In this document: positions 45,244-56,518 of the stretch, piece by piece
Position numbering within the stretch: the first letter of the stretch is position 1
Layout: every line of letters begins with the position of its first letter
Assembly: GCA_035285125.1 (NCBI GenBank)
Contig: JAYKHR010000026.1
Location: forward strand, 32,001-96,000
From: Candidatus Sericytochromatia bacterium
GTDB taxonomy: Bacteria > Cyanobacteriota > Sericytochromatia > S15B-MN24 > JAQBPE01
Direction of reading: 5' to 3'
Length of the DNA: 64,000 nt
The notes under the pieces: model-generated
Databases searched by the model: none
The model's input: only the letters and a program-made list of their open reading frames with translations
What the model was told of the DNA's origin: nothing
Position numbers and translations under genes: made by a program

Positions 45244-46881
45244 ATGCGAGTTCACGCGACTGACGTCATCCTGGGAGGAGCCGCCGTTATGGTGGCCCAA
45301 ATCGCCTGGCAGCCTGCCGTGCAGGCTGCTGCCACGCGCGTCGCGCCGGCCACCTGGGATGCGCGTCGGGGCGAGATCGTCATCCCTTACACGGGCAAGT
45401 TTCCGCTTTACCGGGTGGTCTCGGATGAGCCGCGGCATGTGGTCATCGAGTTCGCGGCGGCCCCGAGCATGATGGGGGTCTTCTCGGCCGATGCCCCGAC
45501 CCACCCGGTGTTGCGGGACTGGGTACTGCGGCACGAGGGTGTTGACCGGGTCCGCCTGTCCCTGACCCTCCTGGAGGCGGGCCGCGTGACCATGCTGAAC
45601 GATGCGGCCCGGCGCGTCATCGTCGTGGGGGTGGTGCCCGCGGCGCCGAGGCCCGCGCCCACCCCGGTCGCGCCTGCTCCCGTGCCAACGGCGGAGCCGC
45701 AGCCCTCTCCGACGCCGACCGCCGCACCGACTGCGCGGCCGCAGCCTTCTCCGACGCCGACCGCCGCGCCGACCGCGCGGCCGCAGCCCTCTCCGACGCC
45801 GACCGCCGCGCCGACGACGCCGCCGCAGCCCTCCCCGACGCCGATCGCCGTCCCCACGGCGCGTCTGCAGCCTTCCCCGGCGCCGAACAGGGCCGAGGCC
45901 TCCGGCCTGGCCCCTGCCCCCCGCCTGACGCCGGGGCCCCTGGCGACACGGGCGCGCCCCGGCGAGCCCGTCTTGGCCGAGGCGCCGGGGTTGGTCGCGC
46001 GCGGGCCTGCCGAGGCCAGGCCACTTCCTTGGGTCCTGCCCGCGCGCGTCTGGCGGGTGAGCATGGCGACGCCCGCTGCCGGGAAGGCGGCCCGGTCCGC
46101 CTCGCCACCGGTGGCCCCCCCCTCGCAGCCTTCGGGCGCCGTCTCGCCGCCCCCGGCGGGTGCCGCATCGCCTGCGGCCTCTCAGGCGCCTCCAGCCTCC
46201 GCCGCGCCTCCTGCGGCAAGGCGGGCCCCGGCTGCTGCCAGCCCGTCGCCCCCCGGGCCGGTGCCGGCCGCCTCCTTGCGGCCGACCCCGGGCCGGCCGT
46301 CTGCCGGCCCGGCCCGTGCGCCCACGCACCGGGACGAAGCCTCCTGGCTCTGGAGCCACCGTGGCGTCTTGTGGCTGGTGCCCGGCGGCCAGGCCGCGGG
46401 GCCGGCCGTTCGCCCCGCGGGGGGCGTGGAGTCCACGGGTTGGCTCGGGCCCTGGGGCGCCTTTCTGGGCGTGACGGTCTTCGGCGAGACCTACGCCCCC
46501 AGCCGGTTGACCCCCTACTTGCAGGCCGGCACCCCGATGGTCGACTTCGCGGTCCGGCGACGCCTCGAGGCGCCTGGCTTCCACCTGCAGGCTGGCTACC
46601 GGGGGCTCGGCCTGGCGAATCTCAACTTTGCCACCGTCGGGCTCGGGCTTTCCCGTGTCACGCCTTGGCCCTGGCTGCGGGTGGAGGCCCGCGGCGTCGG
46701 GGGCCACAACTTGGGGGGCGGGTCTTCCTGGCGCAGCTTTCTCGACGGCCAGCTGCTGCTCACGGCGCACGGGCGGGTGCTGGGGCTCAGCCTGGGGCTG
46801 CGCCACCTCTCGCTGATGAGCGCTGTCGAGCCCACCGTGAGCTTCACGGGGCCCGTGTTGGGGGTGCGGTGGGACCTGTGA
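45244..46881 (+). CDS. Secreted protein: AMIN-like N-domain, long Pro/Thr linker, beta-strand-rich C-terminal domain
   Basis: Signal-like N-terminus; PRHVVIEF...VRLSLTL; amphipathic strands ending GPVLGVRWDL. Confidence 0.6.
   Translation: MRVHATDVILGGAAVMVAQIAWQPAVQAAATRVAPATWDARRGEIVIPYTGKFPLYRVVSDEPRHVVIEFAAAPSMMGVFSADAPTHPVLRDWVLRHEGVDRVRLSLTLLEAGRVTMLNDAARRVIVVGVVPAAPRPAPTPVAPAPVPTAEPQPSPTPTAAPTARPQPSPTPTAAPTARPQPSPTPTAAPTTPPQPSPTPIAVPTARLQPSPAPNRAEASGLAPAPRLTPGPLATRARPGEPVLAEAPGLVARGPAEARPLPWVLPARVWRVSMATPAAGKAARSASPPVAPPSQPSGAVSPPPAGAASPAASQAPPASAAPPAARRAPAAASPSPPGPVPAASLRPTPGRPSAGPARAPTHRDEASWLWSHRGVLWLVPGGQAAGPAVRPAGGVESTGWLGPWGAFLGVTVFGETYAPSRLTPYLQAGTPMVDFAVRRRLEAPGFHLQAGYRGLGLANLNFATVGLGLSRVTPWPWLRVEARGVGGHNLGGGSSWRSFLDGQLLLTAHGRVLGLSLGLRHLSLMSAVEPTVSFTGPVLGVRWDL
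45697..45864 (+). repeat. 42-bp tandem repeat x4 ([14 protein letters not shown])
   Basis: Units start ccgcagcc at 45697, 45739, 45781 and 45823, with a partial fifth copy. Confidence 0.9.
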
Positions 46882-46888
46882 CCCGGCC

Positions 46889-48277
46889 TCAGCCGGGCAC
46901 GCGGAAGGCCTGGCCGGGGTATATCCAGTGCGGGTCGGCGACCTGGTCGCGGTTGGCGCGCCAGACCTCGGGCCAACGGAGCGGGTTGCCCAGGTGCCGC
47001 CCGGCGATCGCCCAGAGCGTGTCACCCGCCCGCACCACGTAGCGGACCCCCCGCGGTCGCCGCGCCGAGGGCAGCTCCAGCACCTGGCCGGGAAAGAGCC
47101 AATGGGGGTTCGCGATGCGCGTGCGGTTGAGCTGGTACAACTCCTGCCAGCGGGACGCCGAGCCGAGGTAGCGCCGGGCCAGGAGCCCCAAAGACTCGCC
47201 TTCCTGGACCGTGTGGGTCTGTCTCGCTGCGCGGGGGGCCGCAGCACGCACCGCCGGCTGGGCCTCCGGCGGCAGTCGCAGCCGGGTGCCCGGTGGCAGC
47301 ACCGTCTGCGCCACCAGCGTGTCCTGATTCAGCTCCCAGACCTCTCGCCACCGGCCTGCGTCGCCGAGGTGGCGGGCGGCGACGCCCCGCAGCGTATCGC
47401 CGGGGCGGGTCTGCACCACCCAGTGGTCTGGCGCTGCCTGCGCTTGTTCAGGCGCCGCCGAGCCAGGCAGCACGAGGTGCTGGCCGGGGTGGATCACGTC
47501 CGGGTTGTCGATGCTGGCGGCGTTGACCTCATAGATCTCCGTCCAGCGGTTGAGATCGCCGAAGCGGTCCTGGGCGATCAGCGACAACGTATCTCCCCGC
47601 TTCACCACGTATTCCTTGACCCTCGGGGTCACGCGGACCACGGGCCGCACAGGCCGAAGCTGGGCCAAGGGCGACTTCGCTGCCGCGGGCGTGGCGGTGG
47701 GGGCGGCCGTGGGTGTGGCGGTGGGGGCGGCCGTGGGCGTGGCGGTGGGGGCGGCCGTGGGCGTGGCGGTGGGGGCGGCCGTGGGCGTGGCGGTGGGGGC
47801 GGCCGTGGGTGTGGCGGTGGGGGCAGCCGTGGGCGCGGCGGAGGGAGGGGCCCACGGCTCTGGCGAGGGGGGCAGCTCGCCGCCCGGGGCGCCGGGCTCA
47901 GGCTGCTGGCCCTCCCGGTGCCCGCGCCAACCGAAAGGGTCCTTGCTCAGGATGAAGGCGGTTGTGCCGGCGACGATCAGCAGCCCCACGACCCAGGGCG
48001 TGGCAGGGTTCGAACGGCTCGGTTCCTCGTCACCGGGCGGCAGCGCAGAAAAATCCAGCGTCGCTGGCGGGCGAAGGACCGACGCTGGCTCCGGGCGTTC
48101 GGGGGGGGCACCCGCCTCGGCGGGCGCCCCTCCAACCAATGGCGGCTCGACCGACTTCACCAGGCGGCGGATGCTGGGTTCGAGTTCCCCCATCTGGGGG
48201 GCACCCAGCTCCGACCACTGCTGAAGCAGGTCGAGCTCCTTGGAAATGTCTTCTCGCTTGCGGAATTCTGCGGCCAC
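46889..48277 (-). CDS. Single-pass membrane protein with four LysM domains
   Basis: [18 protein letters not shown]; four copies of the xVxxGDTL..IA...G...W..I...N...PGQ.L.LP pattern. Confidence 0.92.
   Translation of the reverse strand: MAAEFRKREDISKELDLLQQWSELGAPQMGELEPSIRRLVKSVEPPLVGGAPAEAGAPPERPEPASVLRPPATLDFSALPPGDEEPSRSNPATPWVVGLLIVAGTTAFILSKDPFGWRGHREGQQPEPGAPGGELPPSPEPWAPPSAAPTAAPTATPTAAPTATPTAAPTATPTAAPTATPTAAPTATPTAAPTATPAAAKSPLAQLRPVRPVVRVTPRVKEYVVKRGDTLSLIAQDRFGDLNRWTEIYEVNAASIDNPDVIHPGQHLVLPGSAAPEQAQAAPDHWVVQTRPGDTLRGVAARHLGDAGRWREVWELNQDTLVAQTVLPPGTRLRLPPEAQPAVRAAAPRAARQTHTVQEGESLGLLARRYLGSASRWQELYQLNRTRIANPHWLFPGQVLELPSARRPRGVRYVVRAGDTLWAIAGRHLGNPLRWPEVWRANRDQVADPHWIYPGQAFRVPG
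47687..47830 (-). repeat. 24-bp tandem repeat x6 (PTAAPTAT)
   Basis: gggYgtggcggtgggggcRgccgt six times in tandem. Confidence 0.95.
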
Positions 48278-48380
48278 GGGTCGCTCCGGCAGTCACGTCC
48301 TGCAACCATCATACCCGGCAATCGACCGGGTGCACGGCTGAAAGCGCGGCGGGGTGCGGGTTTGACCCGTTATGTCAGCC

Positions 48381-48560
48381 TCAGCCGCGGAGCGGGTCGA
48401 GCCTCAGGCCGCTCGGCTGAACGAGCTTCACGCCGCGCACGTGCCGCACCACCGTGAAGCAGGAGGGGCAGTAGTCGCCCTGGCCGCTCGGCATCGCCAT
48501 GGTGTAGGCGGAGCAGGTGGGGCAGATGCAGGGGGCTGCAGACTTCTTCGTCGAGACCAT
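48381..48560 (-). CDS. 59-aa zinc-ribbon-like microprotein
   Basis: GAGGAG SD before ATG 48560; CICPTC...YCPSC. Confidence 0.7.
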   Translation of the reverse strand: MVSTKKSAAPCICPTCSAYTMAMPSGQGDYCPSCFTVVRHVRGVKLVQPSGLRLDPLRG

Positions 48561-48683
48561 GCCAGAACTCCTCATTGAGCGTGTGGGGCACGGAGATACG
48601 CCGGAACTGAACAACGATGGTCAGTTCCTTTATCAAGGATAACAAAAATTTAAACAAATTCAAGCCCTGAACACCGATTTGAT

Positions 48684-48854
48684 CGAACGTGCTGCGCCAG
48701 CCGGGTGGGACCTGCTCCCCCCTGAGGCAGATGCCCGGAGGGAGGCAACGGCGGACGGTCTCCACCCTCCGCCCGCCGGCCGAGGGGATCGCGCCTGGTC
48801 GCCGGAGCCGAGGCCCCGGTGACCGGGCCGTTGGGGTTGCGGAGGGCACGTTCG
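48684..48854 (-). ncRNA. Candidate structured non-coding RNA or leader (family not recognised)
   Basis: 9-bp terminal stem, three internal hairpins, immediately downstream of TGtTACAAT extended -10. Confidence 0.5.
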
Positions 48855-49013
48855 GGATTGTAACATAAATTTACGAAGTTTATAGAAGTTTTCTGGCGCT
48901 GCTGGGTCGGTCACCCCGTCATGGGCGTGGTCCGGGTCCGCCCCCTCGGGCGTGGGCAAGTCCGGCTGGAGGGGCGGCCCGTGGCTCGGCCACGCCGCTC
49001 GATGCGCTGAGCC

Positions 49014-50693
49014 TCAGCGCCCCATCTTGCTCCGAAGCGCCGCGGCGGGGACGGTGTTGAGGACGTCTGCCGCAGTCAGACCGCCCTTGCGGGCCATCGC
49101 CACCCCCCACTGAAGGTCCTCGAGGCCGTCGAGACTGTGGGCGTCGGGGTTGATGGCGATCGGGATCCCGAGCTCGCGGGCCCGCGCGAGGTGGCGCCAG
49201 TCGAGGTCCAGGCGGTGGGGGTTGGCGTTGAGCTCCATGGCCTTGCCGTGCGCCACCGCGGCCGCGAACACCGCCTCGAGGTCGAACCCGTAAGGCTCTC
49301 GGGCCAGCAGCAGGCGGCCGGAGAGGTGGCCGAGCATGGTGAGGCGGGGGTGCGACAGGGCCGTGATCAGGCGTTTCGTCATGGCCTCGGCGTCCTGCCC
49401 GAACCGGCTGTGCACGCTGCCGATCACGAAGTCGAAGGACGCGAGCGTCTCGTCGTCGTAGTCCAGCCTGCCGTCGGCCAGGATGTCCGCCTCGATGCCT
49501 GAGAGCACCGTGATGTCGTCGAACTCGGCGTTCAGGGCCGCGATCTCGGCCTGCTGAGCCCGAATTCGGTCCCTGTCGAGGCCCCTGGCGTAGAAGGCTG
49601 CCTCGCTGTGGTCGGAGATGCCGATGTAGCGCCACCCCAGCTCGCGGGCCCTCAGCACCATCTCGCGCAGCGTTGCCGTGCCGTCTGTCGCCGAGGTGTG
49701 CACGTGGAATGCACCTTGCAAGTCGCCCTCCTTGACGAGCGCGTCGGCGTCGGGGCCTGCGAGCATCGCGGCCGTTTCCCAGCGCTCGGGGGCCTGCCTC
49801 GGCAGCCCGAGCGCCTCGAACAGGGCCTCCTCAGTGGGGATCTCGACCGGCTGCCCCCCGCGGCGCAGGCCCGCCGCGTCCAGCGACAGCCCGCGACTGG
49901 TGGCGCGCTCTGACAGCGCCCCGAGCCACTCCGGGCTGCCCGTGGTCCACACCAGCCTCGCCCCCCAGGCCTCGGGCGCGCTCTCCTCGAGGCGGATGGG
50001 CAGCCCGACCAGCGTCTCTCCCGCCTCGCCCGCCTCGACGAGGGCCGAGGCCCGCAGCGCGCCCCGGAACTCGGCCGCGGTGGTGCCCGCCACCAGGAGC
50101 CTGACCTCTGCGACGGTCTCGCAGCGCCGCCGCAGGTTCCCCACGAGCGCCACCTTCGCCTGCGGCAGCTGCTCGCTCAGCGCATCCACCAGCCGCGTCG
50201 CCGCCGGCAGCACGTCTGCCAGCAGCCGCAGGCCCCGGTTCCGCTTCCACATTGCGATCGCCGCCCCCAGCTTGGCCTGAGTGGCCGGGCCGAACCCCGA
50301 GAGCGTGAGCAGGCGGTTCTCGCCGATGGCATACTCCAGCTCGCCCACGGAGCCGATGCCCAGCCCGTCACGCAGCGCCCGCACCTTCTTGGTGCCGAGG
50401 CCTGGCACCTCCAGCATCTCGCGGACGCCCTCGGGTGTGGCCGCGCGGAGCGCCTCCAAGGCGGGCAGCTGGCCCGTCCGCACCAGCACGGCGATGTCCT
50501 CGAAGAGGCCCTTGCCGATGCCCGGCAGCGCCTTCAGGGTGCCACGCTCCACCGCCTCGGCCAGCGGCTCCGTGAGGCTCCCGAGCACCTGGGCACCGCG
50601 CTGGAAGGCTCGCACCTTGAAGGGGTTCTCGCCAGCGAGCTCGAGCAGGGTGGCCATCTCCTCGAGGGCCTCGATCACGGTGTCTTTGGTCAT
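49014..50693 (-). CDS. polX: PolX family protein with PHP domain (non-canonical polymerase site)
   Basis: GENPFKVRAF, LPGIGKG, VPGLGTKK HhH motifs; PHP motifs HVHT, SDHS, GIE, INPDAH. Confidence 0.93.
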   Translation of the reverse strand: MTKDTVIEALEEMATLLELAGENPFKVRAFQRGAQVLGSLTEPLAEAVERGTLKALPGIGKGLFEDIAVLVRTGQLPALEALRAATPEGVREMLEVPGLGTKKVRALRDGLGIGSVGELEYAIGENRLLTLSGFGPATQAKLGAAIAMWKRNRGLRLLADVLPAATRLVDALSEQLPQAKVALVGNLRRRCETVAEVRLLVAGTTAAEFRGALRASALVEAGEAGETLVGLPIRLEESAPEAWGARLVWTTGSPEWLGALSERATSRGLSLDAAGLRRGGQPVEIPTEEALFEALGLPRQAPERWETAAMLAGPDADALVKEGDLQGAFHVHTSATDGTATLREMVLRARELGWRYIGISDHSEAAFYARGLDRDRIRAQQAEIAALNAEFDDITVLSGIEADILADGRLDYDDETLASFDFVIGSVHSRFGQDAEAMTKRLITALSHPRLTMLGHLSGRLLLAREPYGFDLEAVFAAAVAHGKAMELNANPHRLDLDWRHLARARELGIPIAINPDAHSLDGLEDLQWGVAMARKGGLTAADVLNTVPAAALRSKMGR

Positions 50694-50722
50694 GGGGGTC
50701 TCCTCGTCTCAACCGCTGCCCC

Positions 50723-51283
50723 TCAGGGTAGCAAATCCGGGGGCTGCCGGAACCCCCGGCCCGCCCGGGCCGTGCGCCAGTCCAGCAGGGTTGCCCGGTG
50801 GTTGGCGTAGGCAATCTCGGCCTCGGGGGGCAGCTCGTCGGGCCTGAAGAAGGCGTGTTCGGTGGACTCCTCGCTGGGACGCCAGCCGCCCCCGACGATC
50901 ACGGCGGTGTAAGCCAGGCTGAGCGAGTGGTGGCTGCGGGTCTCGTCCCCCGGCTCGGCATGGTGGTCCACGTAGACGCCCAGCAGGCCCGTCAGGCGCA
51001 CCTCGAAGCCTGTCTCCTCGAGGGCCTCGCGCCGGGCCCCCGCCTCCGGGTGCTCGTCGGCCTCCAGAAAGCCGCCGGGAAGGTTCCACAGCCCCTCGTG
51101 GGGCGGCTGGCCGCGGCGGACGAGCAGCACCCGCCCGGTGGCATCCTCCACCACGGCTGTGGCGCAGGGCTTTGCGCAGTCGTACCAGACCCGACCGCAG
51201 GCTGCGCAGCGGTCTCTGGGCCGGCCCTCCAGGTGAGCCACCCGGGTGGGGGCCCCGCATCGGGGGCAGTGGGGGTGTCGCAC
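50723..51283 (-). CDS. NUDIX hydrolase with N-terminal zinc ribbon
   Basis: CPRCG...CAACG; Nudix box GGFLEADEHPEAGARREALEETG; start uncertain. Confidence 0.9.
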   Translation of the reverse strand: MRHPHCPRCGAPTRVAHLEGRPRDRCAACGRVWYDCAKPCATAVVEDATGRVLLVRRGQPPHEGLWNLPGGFLEADEHPEAGARREALEETGFEVRLTGLLGVYVDHHAEPGDETRSHHSLSLAYTAVIVGGGWRPSEESTEHAFFRPDELPPEAEIAYANHRATLLDWRTARAGRGFRQPPDLLP

Positions 51284-51397
51284 CCAGGCAGCATACCCCG
51301 ATGACCCGTGCCTGGCTCGCTGGCTGTGCCTTCTGCCCCTGGGGTACAATGAAGCGCCGCCTTAGCCCTTTATCGCAGCCTGAGCCAGGACCCGACC

Positions 51398-52873
51398 ATG
51401 CAGCTTCACTTCGAGCCCGTGCCCCTCGCCCAGCTGCACGCGGAGGCACTGCTGCTGCCTCTCATGCCCGCGGAGGTCGCGCCCACGGGCTTCGGCGCGG
51501 AGCTGGACGCGGCGATCGCCCACGCCTGGCGCGACGAAGCCTTCGCGGGCAAGGACGAGGACGTGCTGGCGATGTACCCGGTCGCGGGCCTGGCCGCCCG
51601 CCGGGTCGTGCTGCTGGGCCTCGGGGCGGCCCCCCTGACGGCGGAGGCCTGGCGTCGCGCCGTGGCGCTCGGCGTCGGCGAGGTGGCGGGCAAGGTCTCG
51701 CGGCTTGCCATCGCCCTGCCCCCCGGGCTGGAATCCGCCGTGGCCGCCTCTGCCGCGGCTGAGGCGGCTGCGCTGACGGCTTACGACGGCCGCCTGTACC
51801 AGACGCAGCCGAAGGCTGGTGAGAAGTCGCTGGAAGCCCTTGTCCTGCCGGTGCCGGCCGATTCGGAGGCTGCCCGGGCGGCGGCGAAGGGGCGCTCGCT
51901 GGCGGCGATCGTGAACCGGGTGCGCGACCTGTCGAACATGCCCGGCAACAAGCTGACGGTGCCCGGGCTGCGGGACGCGGCGCTCGACCTGGCCCGGCGC
52001 ACGGGCATGACCCACCGCGTGTACGAGCAGGCCGAGCTCGAGGCCATGGGCTTCGGCTGCCTCGTGGGCGTCGGGCAGGGCAGCCAGTATGGCCCCTGCT
52101 TCGTGGTGCTCGAGTACCACGGGCATCCCGACAGGACGGCCGCCCCGATCGTCCTGGCCGGGAAAGGCATCACCTTCGACACCGGCGGCATCTGCATCAA
52201 GCCCCGGGCTGGCATGGAGGAGATGAAGACCGACATGCACGGGGCCGCCACCGTCCTCGGGGTGCTCGAGGCGGCCCACGACAGGGGCCTGCCCGTGAAC
52301 CTCGTGGCGTTGCTGCCCATCGCCGAGAACATGCCCAGCGGCCGGGCCCTGAAGCCTGGCGACCTGCTGACGGCCTACAACGGGCTCGTGGTCGAGGCCG
52401 TCGACACGGATGCCGAGGGCCGGCTGATCCTGGCGGATGCTCTGGCCTATGGCGCCAAGCACTACAGCGCGCGGCTCACGATCGACGTGGCCACGCTGAC
52501 CGGCTCCATCATCATGGCCCTGGGCTACGAGGCTTCGGGCCTCTTCAGCACCTGCGACGACCTCGCGGCCCGGCTGACGGCCTCTGGCGAGGCGACGGGC
52601 GAGCGCCTCTGGCGGTTCCCCATCTGGGACGCCTACGACTACCACATCCAGAGCGACATTGCCGACATGCGCAACGTCCACACGGGCAAGGGTGACGCGA
52701 TCACCGGGGCCGTCTTCCTCAAGCGCTTTGCCGGCTCCGCCCCGTGGGCGCACCTCGACATCGCCGGTCCGTCCTACCTGGCTGACGCCCGCGGCTACAA
52801 CCCGAAGGGCTCGACGGGGTCGGGCGTCCGGTTGCTGCTGCACTGGCTCGAGGCCGAGGTCGCGCGCGCCTGA
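51398..52873 (+). CDS. pepA: Leucyl aminopeptidase (M17)
   Basis: GKGITFDTGG, MKTDMHGAA, DTDAEGRLILAD, ATLTG, WAHLDIAG. Confidence 0.96.
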   Translation: MQLHFEPVPLAQLHAEALLLPLMPAEVAPTGFGAELDAAIAHAWRDEAFAGKDEDVLAMYPVAGLAARRVVLLGLGAAPLTAEAWRRAVALGVGEVAGKVSRLAIALPPGLESAVAASAAAEAAALTAYDGRLYQTQPKAGEKSLEALVLPVPADSEAARAAAKGRSLAAIVNRVRDLSNMPGNKLTVPGLRDAALDLARRTGMTHRVYEQAELEAMGFGCLVGVGQGSQYGPCFVVLEYHGHPDRTAAPIVLAGKGITFDTGGICIKPRAGMEEMKTDMHGAATVLGVLEAAHDRGLPVNLVALLPIAENMPSGRALKPGDLLTAYNGLVVEAVDTDAEGRLILADALAYGAKHYSARLTIDVATLTGSIIMALGYEASGLFSTCDDLAARLTASGEATGERLWRFPIWDAYDYHIQSDIADMRNVHTGKGDAITGAVFLKRFAGSAPWAHLDIAGPSYLADARGYNPKGSTGSGVRLLLHWLEAEVARA

Positions 52874-52950
52874 TGCGCCCAGGGGGCGCCCTTGCGTGGC
52901 GCCTCCGCCTGCCCCTGGCAGGGCGCTGCTTGACGGACGGATCTGCCTTC

Positions 52951-52987
52951 AAACAAACAGCCCCCCCTGCGGTCGCAGGGGGGCTGT
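52951..52987 (-). terminator. Intrinsic terminator of clpC
   Basis: Minus strand ACAGCCCCCCTGCG-AC-CGCAGGGGGGGCTGT then TTGTTT. Confidence 0.8.
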
Positions 52988-52998
52988 CTGAACAGCGA

Positions 52999-55458
<2,460 letters not shown>

Positions 55459-55756
55459 GGTGAACCCCCTTCTGCCAGGGATGGACGGGGACCAGACCGG
55501 GTTGGTGGAGAGGACGAGGCGAGGACGCCTGACCAGGTTGACCGTGGCGGGGCTTCAGGTGCCGTTCTTGGTACCTTTTGCCCCGAGAACCCGCCGGGAT
55601 TTTAGCACACCGGGATCTTTGGTTTGCGGACCTTGGTCACAACACGGGTTGGGGGGAACGTCGTTGGCCCCGGCCAGGGTTCAGGAATCACTGCCCTTGG
55701 TGGAGGGGGCGCAAGGCGGGGCCACCTTACCATGGCATTTACCCATTTGCCAGGAC

Positions 55757-56161
55757 TTATCTGTGGCCTTCGTCGTCCGTGGCAGACTCTCGAATCTTCC
55801 GCTTGATGGCCTTGATGTCCTGCTCGCGGGCGTTCTTGATCTCAGCGAGCTCGTTGAGCCGGGCCTCGATGAGCTGTAGCTCCCGCTCCTTGAAGCTCTT
55901 GAGGTCTTCGAGCTCGTTCTGGAGGCGGATGATCTTCTCGACGCCGGCCAGGTTGATGCCGAGCTCTTGGGTCAGCTGCTGGATGTACTGCAGGCGCTCG
56001 ATGTCGTGCTGCGAGTAGAGTCGGTTCTTGCCCTGCCGCTTGGGCGCCACGAGGCCGCGCCGCTCGTAGAGCCGGAGGGTCTGGGGGTGCATGTTCACCA
56101 GGTCGGCCGCCACGCTGATGATGTAAAGAGGGCGGTCGTTGGGATGATGGTAGTCGGTCAT
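55757..56161 (-). CDS. hspR: MerR-family heat-shock repressor HspR
   Basis: [52 protein letters not shown]. Confidence 0.88.
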   Translation of the reverse strand: MTDYHHPNDRPLYIISVAADLVNMHPQTLRLYERRGLVAPKRQGKNRLYSQHDIERLQYIQQLTQELGINLAGVEKIIRLQNELEDLKSFKERELQLIEARLNELAEIKNAREQDIKAIKRKIRESATDDEGHR

Positions 56162-56295
56162 GGGACCTCCTGCTCCGTGAGACCCAGGGGCCGTGCCTGC
56201 ACGGTCGCGCCGGGACGAGGACGTGGCGCGGGCCTGAACGGACGTCGGTGGCGCGAGTCGGACGCCAGCCGCAAGCGTCGACACGTGTTAGTGGA

Positions 56296-56316
56296 CTTGA
56301 TACGGCTCGTGTCAAT
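56296..56316 (-). promoter_or_regulatory. HAIR-like inverted repeat containing TTGACA upstream of hspR
   Basis: Minus strand ATTGACA-N7-TATCAAG, same layout as the clpB site. Confidence 0.55.
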
Positions 56317-56518
56317 CAACAATGCTATGGGCGCCCCAAGCCCTTGTCAATCAGGGTTCCGGGAGGCCTGGCACGCCGGCGAGGCGCCCGCGGAACGTCA
56401 GTGGCGGGGTGTTGGGCCCCGTGGTAGGATCGGGCGTCTGCCCGGCGATGCCTGCAACGCAGCACGCAAGCCGGCCTTGGCTCGGGCCGTCGCCCGAGGG
56501 TTGAGAGGGTTGTTACCA

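Noticed and set aside
47687..47830. Tandem repeats here and at 45697-45864 as a CRISPR array
   Set aside because: No spacers, unit lengths are multiples of 3 inside CDSs, and no cas genes
48860..48874. GTA...TAC palindrome as an NtcA site
   Set aside because: Spacer is 9 nt rather than the 8 nt of GTA-N8-TAC
55528..55543. GGTCAAC-CT-GGTCAGG upstream of clpC as a CtsR box
   Set aside because: Period is 9 rather than 10, the match is weak, and no ctsR is in the window
55602..55628. TTAGCAC upstream of clpC as a CIRCE (HrcA) element
   Set aside because: Only one half-site, with no GAGTGCTAA arm; better explained as a minus-strand extended -10 TGcTAAAAT
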